DNA of 64,000 nt from Lama glama (Eukaryota): assembly GCA_028534125.1 (NCBI GenBank), contig CM052823.1, positions 4,836,001-4,900,000 on the forward strand. Direction: 5' to 3'. The position numbers were made by a program, and so were the translations under genes. Below the pieces are notes generated by a model. That model was not told the DNA's origin. It made no database searches and saw only the letters and a list, made by a program, of their open reading frames with translations. Positions 50,991 to 64,000 of this stretch are shown here, in pieces (the stretch's first letter is position 1; the number at the start of each line of letters is the position of its first letter).

Positions 50991-50992
<2 letters not shown>

Positions 50993-51048
<56 letters not shown>
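50993..51048. repeat. Perfect (TC)28 microsatellite
   Basis: Seen directly. Confidence 0.95.
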
Positions 51049-51051
<3 letters not shown>

Positions 51052-54000
51052 CTTCGTATGCGCCTCTTTAAGGAGCGATTGGCTGAAAGCAAACAGCTAA
51101 TAACCTATGGATTTATGGAGCCAGCGCGAGCCGGCTTAATAAGCTTTTTATACCTGGAACCAGCAGCGTTCTGTCCCTTTAAGTTGAAACTCCAACTTGC
51201 TTGGTATTTTACAGCGCCTGGTTTCATTTATGNNNNNNNNNNNNNNNNNNNNNNNNNNNNNNNNNNNNNNNNNNNNNNNNNNNNNNNNNNNNNNNNNNNN
51301 NNNNNNNNNNNNNNNNNNNNNNNNNNNNNNNNNNNNNNNNNNNNNNNNNNNNNNNNNNNNNNNNNNNNNNNNAGGCGCTGTTGCNNNNNNNNNNNNNNNN
51401 NNNNNNNNNNNNNNNNNNNNNNNNNNNNNNNNNNNNNNNNNNNNNNNNNNNNNNNNNNNNNNNNNNNNNNNNNNNNNNNNNNNNNNNNNNNNNNNNNNNN
51501 NNNNNNNNNNNNNNNNNNNNNNNNNNNNNNNNNNNNNNNNNNNNNNNNNNNNNNNNNNNNNNNNTAAGTGACACGTTTGGATGAATGGTGGGTGACATTA
51601 TCTGCAACTTATAAATGAGTGCCTCTTCCTTGGCCAGAGCAGAGGTGGGAGAGAGTTGGGGAGGGCACCTGGGTGTCTGTTCTCCATTGCAGGGTTGGGG
51701 TGGGGGTGGCGAGGCACCGTCCTGGTCACTGTTGGGTCCAGGGGAAGCCTTTGTGAAGGGTGTGCAGCGCTTAGAAGGGACTTCCCGCTGTGGCTGGCCA
51801 GGTAACAGCTGCCAGGATGTGGCAATGAGCATCTGAGGATCGGTGGTATCTTGGAGCATCCGCTCTCCAGGCGTGCTTGATGGGAAATTGTCACCTGCAG
51901 GGCTCTTCAGTGGTGTGATGGTGGTGCTTGGGTGCTGTGGCCTCAAGCCAGCACTTGCATCTTGGTCCCCATGATCCCTGTGCCCCTTCAGGAACGAAGC
52001 ATCAGCTAGAAGCATGTGGGCACTGGGGGCCTGTTGAGGGCCATGTAGATAAGGAGACGCAGCTGGGAAGGTAAAGAGGCAGAAAACCAGTGGCTTGCCA
52101 GGTACTGCTGCTTGCGAGAAATCTGCAGCCCAGATGCTCAGCTTGGTTCAGTTTTTACGTAAAGCTCGACGCTCACTGGAGTCTGGAGTGGAGTGGGGTG
52201 GTCTGGGGAGTCCCTGGGAGGCGGGGGCTCTGTGGGGACTCCGCGCAGGGATGTGGATGTGTGCACACGGACTGTGCCAGGAGGGAGGGGTTTGGGAAGG
52301 GACAGGCGTTTCTGGAGCTTCCGTGATGTCTCGTCATGGAGGTAGGGGCTCTTACCTCCACTAATCATGCAGCTAGTGGGTGGGGACAGGTTGTTCCAGC
52401 CATTGGCCCTTGACGGGTGTGAGGACTGGGCTCGGGAGGAGGGAGGAGTCAGTGTCCTGGGAGCCAGCTCTCCTGGGAGGAGGATACCGTGGGGTTGGGA
52501 CGCTGAGACTGTCCCTCTTCAAGAGGCGCTGGGAGCTGCGTCACACGGAGCCTGCGGGGATTGGGAGGAAGATACCTTTGTGTCCTTTGTGCTGCAGGCA
52601 GCCTCTTGTCCTGACCACACAGCACACCTTGCCAGGGGCTCCTGTGCAGTGTTGCCAGAGCAGTGCCTCTGAGAGGGGACAGGACTGGTAACCACACCAA
52701 GCCAGGACCTGCCCGGTTGACCTCAGACCCCGCCCTTTCCCCTGAGACCTTGTGCCGTGTCCAGGCCTGTGGAGGACCTACATGGTGGCCGGTAGTAGAT
52801 TCTGGGTGACGAGGGACAGGCTGGGGGACCTTCATTTCTGCTTTCGGGGTGGCAGTACTTGCGGTTGTCGGTGGAGTAAAATGAGTGTTTCTTAGACAAT
52901 GTTTCCCGAAGCCCAGATTCCTCAGAAGTGAAAATTAAGTTCCTCTATTAAAACATGAGTCATACCAGCCCAGATGAGAGTCGTTTTGGCGTTCCTCGAA
53001 TTTTTGGAAGGGAAACATCGCATTCATGTTAATCCTTTCAATTATTCCTTATTGCTGAATAATCCGCCAGGCGCTTTGCATCGCAGCCCTGTGCGATCTG
53101 ATTAGAGTCGGGGCTTTGCACACGGCCCCTGAACGGGAGCAAGCCCACGGCCTTTATTTCCCTCGTGTCTGCACGTCGCGGGTGGCAGGGCCGTGCTGCT
53201 TGGCGCTCCGGGGCTGCCTCGGTTCTCGGGCTAAGCGAGGTCTCGGGGATCTAAGCGCTGCGAGTGAGTGATGTCCAGTATGAAAAGGCTCCGTACCTGT
53301 CTGCTCGTGTGAACTGGGAGCAGATGGGAGTGGGCTGGAGTGGGATCCCCGCTCTGTGCCTGGCCCTGGCACAGAGTCCCAGGGTCCCCTCTCCCTGGTG
53401 GGTGTCCTGCTCAGGTGAGGGTACAGAAGACAGGCTAGGTTTTACTCCCTCCAGGAAACTGGTCTCTAGATTTGGCATATCTTTCCCAGAAGCCTCTGAC
53501 GTCCAAGTCCTAAACCAAGGCAGGGAGTTGTCACTGAAGAGGGGAGGGGGAGACCCAGAGACTTCTTGTCTGAAGGCCTGAAGGCCATGCATCCTGCTTT
53601 GGGGAAGAGCAGCCAAGGTGGGCTGGGGAGGTTGGGGGGTGTGGTGAGGCTGGGGTCAGCCCCTGTCAGCTGTCGTCTCCCACACCCACCGCTCTCACTC
53701 TCTCACCATGAGCCTGGGCACCCGGCAAGCTGACCTTTGGCCCCAGATGCAGCTTGTAAGGGGCAGGGAGGGGGGCCGTGTCCTCTGGAAGTCTCTACTG
53801 GGCCGGGGGAAGTGCAGGTTTGCACATTGAAGAAATATGAAACTTGAGGCTCTGGAAGATGCGCTGTCGGACCAACCTGGAGCTGCATCTCTCTGGCTTT
53901 GGATGTGCCACTTGATTTTTTGGAAATTCAGCCTTTTGAGGGTTCCGTTTTGCTCTTGCTTCTATTTCAAGACCCCTCAGCCCGCCCACCGCTCAGGTGA

Positions 54001-57000
54001 CTGCCCTGGTGGGAAGAGCAGTGCTCAGGGATCCGTCTGAGAAAGACAGAAGGTGTTGAGGGTGATGGAACCAGGGAAGTCAGCGGCCAGGACAGCAGAA
54101 AGCTCTTGGTTTGGCTTCTGATACAGAGTGTGGTTTCTGAGTTTGGAACCATCACATTTTTGGGTGGACATAGGAGAGGGAGAGTAAGAATGGGCAGGGG
54201 TTCAAGTTCATTGTCCTCTATGAAGCTGAAATTTCCTCTTTTTATGAGTAAGAAGACAAAGCTCATGTAGACCATGAGAAGCAAAAGCTGGAAAAGCAGT
54301 TTGTTTACCCACTAAATTTCCCAGAAAATGAACAACGGTTTAGAACGGAGGAACCCACGGTGGGGGGCTCCAGAGGGTGGGCAAAGTCTGAAGAGAGCCC
54401 CTGGGTGGGAGATGGCCAGCACGTCGGAGCCTTTGGACCCCACGGCAGCAGGCTCGTTTCTGTTAAGGAGGTCTCCCTGGCGAGTGAGGACGATGGACTT
54501 GAGTATCCAGAAAGAGGCGTGTGTTGTGTGCCCGCGCACATGTAAGTGGATACGTGGATCCCGTGTGTGCATGCCTGTGTGTGTATGTTGGCATGCATGG
54601 ATGCCTGTGCACATGTGTGTGCGTGGACGGTGCTTCCACCCTCCATCCTGAGGACCAGGCTCCGCGGCCAGCGGCTCTGATGCTTTGTGAAGGGTCCAGG
54701 GAACAGTGACACATGCACAGGACCAAGAGGAAGTGAGGCACCCAGGTGATGCCCTTGCGCGTGACTGCAGGCTCTCCCGAGAACCCCGGCGCCTTCTCTC
54801 CTGGTGCACACTGGCTGCCCAGTGGTGTTTTCGGAGGCGGAGCTGGGCTGGTAGGGACCCCTGCCGGGGAGGCGCCAGGCCTGGCTTTCCCTGGCTCTGC
54901 CCCTTCTCAACTGGGTGACCGTGGCCCTCCACCTCCGTCTTGGAGCCATGGTTTCTGCACTCACTGGAAGGAGGTGATGGCGTTACCTGCATTCTAGGGC
55001 GTGTGTGGTGCTACCTTCGGGCCTGGCACTTGGAAGGCCCCAGCCAGGGGACCTGCACGGATTACCCTGTGACGATAGTGGTTATCGTCGGTAGAGGGAA
55101 GGTGTCTTCTCCTCAGCGACCCAGGCTGCGTGCAGCTGAGCTGAGGGGCTGGTGGTGAAGGCTGGGTCCCTGCCTCAGGGTCCTCCTGCATCCCAGGTGC
55201 CCAAGGCCCTTAGGCCAGTGTGAGCTGCTCCACGTGGCTGTGGTGCTCACCTGGACAAGGGTTGGGAGGCCCTGCCCTGTGCCGGCTTCCTGATTCCTCT
55301 ACCTGTGTCTCCTCTTTCTTCAAGTGGCCCTCCGCACCTCCCTATGAACCCAAACCTCAGGATGGTGGCTTCTTGGTCCTCAGGTGTGAGCTGCTTGGGC
55401 TCCCTCGGGAGCCTGTTCCAGACCCAGAACAAAGGGGCTGGAGCTAGGGAGGTAGCTAGCTGAGTAGAGAGAGCTATTCTCAGTTATTTCTCCCTAGAGG
55501 AAACCTTCGTAGTAAACACCTCTGCAGGCGAGATGGGCTAGAAAACCCATAGCCCTGTGTTTACTGTTGCCAATAAAGCCCAGAGATCTATGAAAATTCT
55601 AGGCAACTCTTCTTCCTCCCCTCCCTGGTCTTGGCCATTCTTTTGGACCAGCTGTCCCAGCTCCCCTATTTTCTATAATCCTTGTCCCGTTTGTATTTGT
55701 TTATTCCTGAAGGAATGGGATGCTGTTGTCCAGAGATGTGTTAGGGTCAGGTGCATACATAGCAGGTGTGCCTTATTGGCCCACTCTGGTACCCATAGCA
55801 GACATCACTAGTCGATCACAGCATCTCTTTCCTTTGGGCCTGGGCACCTCGAGTTGCGGAGCAAGGCAGCCACTACTAATCAATCACACTGGCCCAAAAG
55901 GTGAAATTTCTTTTCTGTCCTGGCACGACTTTGCTCTGAGGGAATGGTAGGAGATGAGACACCACCTGGCACTGTTTCCTCAGCCCTTGAGGGGAATGTC
56001 TGGGGCCTCAGGGGTCTTTCTGGGTCATTGGACAAGTGAGGGGAGTTAGCTAGTTAGGTGGGAGGCCTGGGCTTAAGTGTGACTGTTGTGAAGGTGATGG
56101 CTGTCCTGCTGAGGGCTGGCGTGTGCCCGAGCCAGTCCCACCTCTTGGGGCAGACAGCACTGCCCAGTGTTGCAGAGAAGGTCAGCCTTGGCCTGAGGTC
56201 ATGGACTTGGAGGCAGAGAGGATGGTTGACTTGGCTGGCCAGTTCAACCCCAGGGTTCTCACCTGTTACCTGAGCTACTCTCTTGGCAGTTCTTCCCCAG
56301 CCTCCCCCTCCCAGGTGTTTCCCTGGCTTGGCTGCCGTGGCCCAGCCCGCCTGGCCCCCAGGGACCTGTGTTCTCTAGGACCTGGTTGAGCTCACTGTGA
56401 GCCCCAGAGAGTGAGCGTGGGACTGGGGCTGCCCACTTCTCTTGTCTGCTTGTTCCAGGGGCCACAGGCAGCTCTGCAGGCTGAGGAGGCCCTCGCCCTG
56501 ACCTGGTCCTGGCTTGGGACCTGGCTTGTTCCGTCACATGGTCTCTGTGGTCTCTAGGGGTTTCCACCCCAGAGCCGTGGCTTGCTTTTTAGTTGCCTGA
56601 GAATTCCCTGCTGATGTCAGTGGAGGCTCTGTGTTTTGATCAACAAAAGGCAGAGTTCTGGAGTCCAAGAGGAATGTTAGCTGAGAGATTGGGGGCCCCT
56701 GGACCCCATCATTCCCCTTTATCTCCTGAGTCATCATCATGGCTCCCTGAGGTGAGGGGGCCACTCCCATCTTACAGATGGGAAAACTGAGGCTCGAAAA
56801 GGCCAGGTCCTCCTAGAGAACCACACGGCTGTGCAGCAGCGGAAGGAGGGTCAGACCAGGTCTCCGAGGCCCCAGCCCTTCTTGCCATCTCTCTCGACAT
56901 GTTTGGAGACACGGTGCCTCCTCCTGTGCGGCTGTCTCTGTGCTCTGCCCCAAGGCCTCCTCTGACTCCCTCCCTCCCCCTGGGTGTCCTGGCCTGGCTG

Positions 57001-57024
57001 CTGTGTAGGGGCCTGTCTGCGTGT

Positions 57025-57158
57025 CCCCCTCTAGACTGGGCCTTGGCTGAGGCAGGGACTGGGTCTCGTGACCTCTGTGTCTCTGATGTCAGCATCCTGT
57101 CTGGCTCACCGAATGGGCCTGATGATGTCTGGGGAATGGATGGATGGATGGATGGATA
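57025..57158 (+). mobile_element. L2 3' end with (GGAT)n tail
   Basis: ctagactgggccttggctgaggcagggactgggtctc...gaatggatggatggatggatggat. Confidence 0.65.
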
Positions 57159-59019
57159 GCCAGAGTGGGCCTTCCAGTGGGCACATCATCACACTACCCC
57201 GCTGTGCCATGGGCCAGCAATGCCTCAAGCAAGTCCAGCGGAATTCTGGGCTGAGGCTCTGCCCCCAGCCTCCCTGGACAGGGTGGAGGCAGCTGGGCGT
57301 GTGGCCTCCTGGGCTAGCGTTATTAGCCAGAATCTTGAAGTCGAGCTGAAGGGAGCCTGAAAGCCCCTTTCCAACTGTTAAACGCGGCCCCTTGCTTGGT
57401 TTTGCTGGGTTAGTCTCCCTGTCTGCCGCGTGGAGGAGCAGCCCTTTTATGACTTCCGCACTTTGGGAGCCTCGAGAAAGCGGGTGTGAGTACCAGGGCC
57501 TGCCAGCAGCCGGTGGGAGCAACTGCCTCACAAACGAGCAAGTGACGTGGTGATCAGCGAGGTGGCGGCCCTGGAGACGCTGCCTCTGTGGGGGAGGGTC
57601 CCCGTCCACACCTGGAATCCAGGGCCCAGTGAAGCCCCAGGGCCTGTGCCTCACACCCCGGCACCACCAGGCTTTTCTGCCAGTGGAGGAGGAGCGGCAG
57701 GCCTGGCTGAGCTCAGGTTCAAACTGTGCTGCTCAGGATAAGGGACTAGATCCTTCAGCGCTTGCTTCTAAACGTCAGGGCTCTCAGGGATGTCCTGGGG
57801 AATGTAAGCTCCTCACTGCGGCCTGCACGGCCTCCGGGGCTTTCTGGACTCACCTCCCAGTCCATCACCCCAGCCAGATCGCCCGTCAGAGCTTCTGCTG
57901 ATGGAGTACCCTTTCTGTGCCAGGCCGGCGGGCACGCCTATGATCTCAGGTCCTCTTAAGGATGCTGCTGTGATGTTGGTGCATCTGTGGCTAGTTCAGG
58001 GTCATCCAGCCCACACGCGGCTGGTTTCCAGGTGGAGCTGTGGGACGTTTCCAGGTGGCAGCTGCAGGCCAGAACCCTGACGTTTTGGGCTGGTCGTGGT
58101 GGTTGGTGGGTGGCTGAGCTTGGCCTCCAGGGCTCTCCTGGGCCCTCGGTACCTCTGCCCTTTGGTCTGGCCGGACTCTGCCCAGCCAGCCCCTCAGTCA
58201 CTCGGGCAGCATGTCTGCTCCCAAGGAAGCAGCTCTCTGCAGCATCTCCAGGACCAGCTCCCCTAGGCAGCGCTTAGTACGCACCTCTGCGCTGAGTGCG
58301 TTGCGTTGCATCCTTCTTACGTGAAACAGGGTCCCCCAGGGCATGGACTGTGCTCTCTGCATTGTGTGTGTGTCTCTGGGTCTCAGCGCCCGATGCAGAG
58401 GAGTCTGAGTGAGTGACGAATGTCTTACCCACCAGAAGCAGATAGGGCACTGGAAGTGACCTAAGTTGAGTGTCCAAAGCTCACCCAGGAATGCACAAGC
58501 ATTCATGAAGGAATTCCCAGTCCAGAGGACTCAGCTGGAGGGAGTTTAAATTGGAAGGGAAGGAATGGGGGAATGGGGGGTCCTTGCCCATGTAAATTAT
58601 AAGAGTGGGGTCTGCAAAGGTTTAATGATGCAGGGGGACCCCTGAGATAGAGGGTCATCCTGTCCTCATGCTCTTTTTCTCTTTATTGTTTATACCATTG
58701 CTGTTTCCATAATAAGGGAATATAAAGTCTTTTATGTTAAGTAAATCAGTAGCAGAAGCATTAAAATGATGAAACGGGATGAATGATAAAATGAAAGAAT
58801 GGGAGTCATACATTCAAGGGATGGGAAAGGCTGTTCCAATAACCCATACTACAGGTGAGCACAGAATTTAGCTCTGAGCTTCCTGGCAGCCTTGGCAAAA
58901 AGGGAAACATGGTGAATTCTGATTTGCTTATGAAAGAAAGTGTAATGGTTCAGGATAGAGGGATTTTTTTGCCTCACCTTCAAGTCTGGGAGACTTCATC
59001 CCCTGGTGTTTTAGATAAG

Positions 59020-59225
59020 GCAGGGCTTTATCTAATATAAAGGTCCAGATAGTAAATATTTTAGGCTCTGTGGGTCCAACAGTCTTGTTGCAACACTCAC
59101 CTTTACCAGTGCAAGGCAGGAGCATCCATGGGCCATATGTACTGAATGGGTGTGGCTGTTTTGTTAAAACTTTATTTACAACAAACAGCCATCCAGTTCA
59201 CGGCCCGTGGTTTGTGGATCTCCCC
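59020..59225. mobile_element. MER58A-like (hAT-Charlie) DNA transposon
   Basis: taaaggtccagatagtaaatattttaggctctgtggg...gaatgggtgtggctgttttgttaaaactttatttacaacaaacag. Confidence 0.85.
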
Positions 59226-62200
59226 GATAAGGAATGGTAACCATGGACCACAAATGGAGACGGGTCCTCATACTGACCCTGGTAGACAAATGGAGACAAA
59301 GCATGAAGTGCAGGGTCTGGTCCTCTTATTCTGAGTCCCACAGACCTCATTCTATGTCTTTGTCCTTGGAGAGAGGGAATCTAGTCAAGGAGGCCACTGG
59401 CTCTAGTCCTGGGCAGATGAATCTCTCCAGCTTGGGTGTTCCCATCCCAAAGCCCCAGATTTCAGGTGTTAAGGCTCCCTTCCTGCAAAAACTGCCCCTT
59501 CCGGGTTGACCTTGACCTTCCTTCGACAATTTGTCCTGCGAAGGAAAGGTATTTGTAGGAAGGCCTGGGGCTGCCTGGCTGACTCCCCAGTGGTTAAGAA
59601 CTGAACTGCTCTGGGGAAGAGGCCATTGTGCTGGTATTTTTTTTTTTTTTGATTGTTGGGGGCAGTATATGGGAATAGGAAATTTCTGTGAATTCTGCTC
59701 ATTACCACTTATTTTCAGCTTGCTTATTTACTTAGCCCTGACCTCATTCCACCAAGGCTCGGAGCAGGGAGAGGACGGCAAAGAGATACTTAACGTTTGA
59801 GCTGCTTTTCCTTCTCTGCAAAATGAAAGTTTGTAAAGCTCGCTGGGGGTGGGATCTGGCTCACAGAAGGGGCAGGGGATGGACTTTGCCTTTTCCTTGA
59901 AGGTTGTCAGAGGTGGGCGGTGCCGCCTTCGGGAAAATCCTTGCATTTTCTCAAACTGGATGAAACGTGAGTGGGGCGTCTAGAGTGGGTGGGAGTTCTC
60001 TGGGGGCCCAGCTGATTTAGGGGTGTCCCTGGATGCTCACTGTTAGGGTTTGGAGGACCGCTGGCACACCAGCCTGTAGAAATGGCTGAGAATAAAGCAC
60101 CATCCCCGTTACCAACCCCAGAATTCTCTCTCACCTTCCTTCCCAGCGCAGTCCTCCTGTTCCTTCAAGGACCTGTTTTATTTGAATTCCCCCTTCCCAC
60201 TGCTGTGAAAGGTCGTGTTTCCATTAAGTAACGATCATTTCATCCTCCCTGTCTGAGTAATGTAACGTACTGTCAATGGAGGTGCGTCTTCAGAACACCT
60301 GCCTATCGATCGGGGACCTGGCTCACCTGTCCCGTCCCAGGTGCCCCTTGATAAGAGGTTTTGTCACAGCGAGTGGGCTTAGAGTACGGCCCAGGCCAAG
60401 CAACTGTGTTCACATTGCCCGTGTGGCCTTATGGTGGGTACGCTCATGAGTTTCTTTAGGTTCTTCACATTTTTCACATTTTTTGAACAAGGGATGCCCA
60501 TCATGACCACCTTCAGGGACCCAAGATGTTCAGTTTAATCTGAAACATTCCTGCCACCACCTGGGCTCAAGCTGCACCTCTGCCTGAGTTTGGGGAGAGA
60601 GGGAAGTTACCTGTGAGGGAGAAGGCTCTGGACTCTTGTCAAGCACAGGTCAGTACCTGTTCCCAGCTGCCCAGGACCGGCCGCGTGACTGAGGACGCAC
60701 TGACTGTGGGGTGAGCACCTGGGGGAGGGATCCGTGTTGGGCATTGGCAGGACATCTGTGGATTGATACCTGGGGGGCTGTGCACCGCTTACTGTGAGAT
60801 GTTGGGGTAAAATGCCAGGGTTGGGGGAGCAAAGTTCAGGGTCCACCACCTGCGTCCTTGCCGCTGTGCCTGGGTACCCCCTGCGCTGTAGGGTAAGATG
60901 CCCTCGTCACTGCAGGCAGGAGGCGCTCAGGGTGCCCGGCACAGGCCAGCTGGTGCTTCCAGGGAGAACGAGGCCTCTACCCTAGACGCCGGGAGATAGC
61001 CAGTCACCGGCGTTCACCACACAGCGTGGGCATGGATTCTGTGTGCAGCAACCACCTGGGACAGTGACCGTCCCCCTTCAGCTGCAGACCCTGGCACCAA
61101 ACCTGAAGCGGCCTTTTTCACTCCAAGGCCAGCTCTGACTGAGCGGGGTCCCAGACAGGGCTGGGCAGAGCCTGAAAGTCTGGGGCAGGGGCCGTGGCCG
61201 GCAGATCACAAGGAAGACGCCTTCTCATCTGCAGCGGCCTTGGGAGGGCCGAGCCGCACGGAGCCCGGGCCCTCTCCCAAAGGTGGGGCGGGAGGGCTGG
61301 GGTGGAGGTGCTGGAGGGGGTTTATGAGGCCCGGGAGGCAGAGGGGGTTGCTTCCCGCTGGGCTGGGCTGTAAGGGTGCCCTCAGGTGTGTGTCGCTTTA
61401 TAACTGCATCCCCCGCCCAGCTCAGAGCCTGTTTCCGCCCACGGTGGTGGGATTTACAGGCATGGATTTGAGCTGAGTACAGACCCTCTGGTTGGTCCTT
61501 GCTCACAAGGCCGCAGGGACGAGAATGGGACTGGTGGGCAGTGGAGCAGCTGCTGCCTTTCTACTCGGTGACCGGGAACCTCCTTCCCATCTCTGAGCCT
61601 CAGTTTCCTCCTCTGGGAAGTTGGAGTTCATTGAGATCACTTGTGGAAGGGCCCAGCTTGGTACCTGGGCATGCTGGAGGCTTGGAAAAGTCAGCTGCCG
61701 TTTGTTTGGTCCAAGTGGGACGTGGTATCGAATGGCCGAGGATGGGGACCACATGGCTCTCGTGTCTCCGTGGACGTAGCTTTTCAGTGGCTGCCCCTGC
61801 CCAGATGCACTCGGGCTCTGCGGCCCTGGATTCCCAGTGGAGGGCAGCAAGCTGTCTGACCTGACTCCCTCCCCAGCCAAAGACCTGGGCTCAGAGAGGG
61901 GTAGGGTCTTGTTCAGGTCACACACTGTTCTGGGCACCGGGAGACAGAGTCAAGGGGTGCAGCTTCTGGAGGACACCAGGTAAAGGGCCAGGGAACAGTG
62001 CAGTGCATCCAGGGGTCATCAAGGGAGGCTGAGAGCTCTGGAGGGGAGTCTGAGCCAGGACATGAAGGAGGCAAAGACATTCCCCAGTGGGCGTGGAGGA
62101 TGGGAGGCCACTGGGAGTGACGGAGAACAGAGTGTGAGGGAGAAGACCCTTCTGTGAGTAGCCAGCTTGACGGGCTAGGACAGGGTGCGGGGCGGGGGGC

Positions 62201-62294
62201 GGAGCAGGCGGCAGAACAAGATGTGCAGAGGTGCCAGGCTTGGGGGGGGGTCTTTCTCCAGGAAGCAGCCCTGTAATGGGAGACCAAGGGCTCC

Positions 62295-62445
62295 CAGTTG
62301 TGTGACCTTGGATGAGTCACTTTACCTCTCTGAATTTTAGGTTGGCATCTGTAAACTGGAGGCAGCACCCCAGCAGGATAGTGATGATGATGGAGATGCT
62401 GTCTCATCAGATTGTTGCAAGGCTCAATAAGGATCCAGAGTGAGC
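62295..62445 (+). mobile_element. MIR SINE
   Basis: agttgtgtgaccttggatgagtcactttacctctctgaa...catctgtaaactgg. Confidence 0.7.
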
Positions 62446-62959
62446 GTCCCTAATACATGGGAGGGTTGCCCTGCCACCATTTGTACCCATCCCCAACCAC
62501 CCAAAACTCCAGTATTTGATGTGTTAATTGCGTGTGACAGCTTTTCAACTACTGATCCGTTTTAAGCAGTTGATGGTCAGTTTGTTTTTTAGGCATTCTT
62601 TAAAACGAGCCTTGGTTTGGCTTCCAGGGGTAGAAATCCCTGGCTCGAGTTGCTTTTTCCTCTGTAGAAATATTTGCATGGGCCGCCAGCCACTGCTCCT
62701 GGGAAATTGGATGCTCTGTGGCATTGATCCTGTCTTTAGGAAAATGCTGGGAGCCTGGAAAGTTGGGTGTTGTGTGTCCACTCTCTGACCTGCCTCGGCG
62801 ACCAGGCCTCGCTCACTGCGCTGGTCCTGGCTGTGCCTCCTTCCCTGTGTCAGCAAGAGTGTGGTCTGGGAGGAGGGAGGCCCCAGGGCTGCCCGAGGTG
62901 GCTGGCCGCGAACGAAGAGGCCCGACTCCCCCAGCCAGCCTGTGGACGGCTGGGAGGCT

Positions 62960-63080
62960 GCTTCGCATTCAGTTTGGATCAGCAAATACTGAGGGAGGTC
63001 CGCTCTGTGCCAGGTCTGAGGGAGGGCCCTGCAGGTGACCTGCATACAGGCTCTGCCCTCAGGGAGCTCCCCGTCGGGAC
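62960..63080 (-). mobile_element. L2 3' end fragment
   Basis: cagcaaatactgagg...ctctgtgccagg...ctctgccctcagggagctc. Confidence 0.55.
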
Positions 63081-64000
63081 TCCCTGCTCTTGATTCCATT
63101 CTGAGTTGACCCAGAAGCGTCCATGCCAGCCCCCTGCCCTATGCCAGGGGCATGTGGCCCTGGTGAGCTGTGGCCCAGGCCTGGAACAGGCATTTACAGG
63201 AAAGTCCAGAGCCTTGGCCATGATCCTGGCTGGAGGAGGTGGGCCACATGATGTGAGCACAGATGCCCCCTAGCCCAGTGTCTCGGCTTCCCTCCACCTT
63301 TCGGAGAGCAGAGCGCCCAGGCCTCCAGAGGCCGCATGTTGTGGTTGGAGGGTGTCCAGACGTGGGTTTCTGAGCCGAGCGCATGGAGTAGACCCCTGGC
63401 CCCGATTGCTGACGTGCCCCGGGTCTCAGTCACCACCCACATGCCCTGGCTCTAGCTGTGCAACCCGCCTCTCTGTGCTTGGCACCAGCCCAGCTGTGGG
63501 CTTTCTGAGCAGGGATGACAAAGCTGCAAATGGGATTTCAGCCCGGCCCCCCTCCCCTGCCCACCGGGGTGGAATCAGCCCTCCCTTCAAGTCTGACCAG
63601 GCTGGGGCTCTGAGGCCAGGGAAGTGGGCGGGCTCTCTTCTCCGTGATGCGGACCCCCTCAGCATCCCCGACTTCTAAACACTCACGGGTGGGCCTAATG
63701 GGGTTTCACCGCTCACTCGTGCTGTGTGTTAATAAGATTGTTAAACACACACACACACACACACTCACACATGAGTCTCTGTCCGTGGTGGAATCTGGTG
63801 CCTTTAGAAGCAGAGGGATGGAAAGTAAGGGGGAGCTCTTTCACAAGAAATAGACTCATATCTTGGGATTTGGGGAAACAGAACTGGTGAGGTTTTTTTT
63901 TTTCCTTCCCAGGCACTCTGTATTATTAAGACACTCTGTCTTATAAGGGATGTTGGATAATTAATCCTGTGTCGAGGCAGCAGCAACAAGCGTTCGAATA

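Overview
This is mammalian genomic DNA from inside the BCL11B (CTIP2) gene, transcribed on the + strand. The window covers most of intron 1 (1-11964), coding exon 2 (11965-12333, with the CCHC zinc finger), intron 2 (12334-38089, with an intragenic CpG island at about 22.2-23.6 kb), cassette exon 3 (38090-38305) and the first ~25.7 kb of intron 3. Exons 1 and 4 lie outside the window. A tRNA-derived SINE resembling camelid Vic-1 suggests a camel, alpaca or llama source. The other repeats are ancient MIR, L2, MER5/MER58, L1M and MLT1 fragments plus microsatellites; family names come from recalled consensus sequences, not a database run. All other ORFs in the track look spurious. I cannot demonstrate a new biological system. 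The observations most worth following up are: (i) ten similar-sized N-runs that look like masking of conserved non-coding elements rather than ordinary gaps; (ii) a 5'-inverted L1 fragment nested inside the SINE, with visible target-site duplications (TSDs); (iii) a NAGNAG acceptor and symmetric phase-1 exons; (iv) a candidate LC8-binding GIQV motif near the oligomerising zinc finger; (v) candidate cryptic RAG recombination signal sequences (RSS) and intragenic promoter/enhancer elements.
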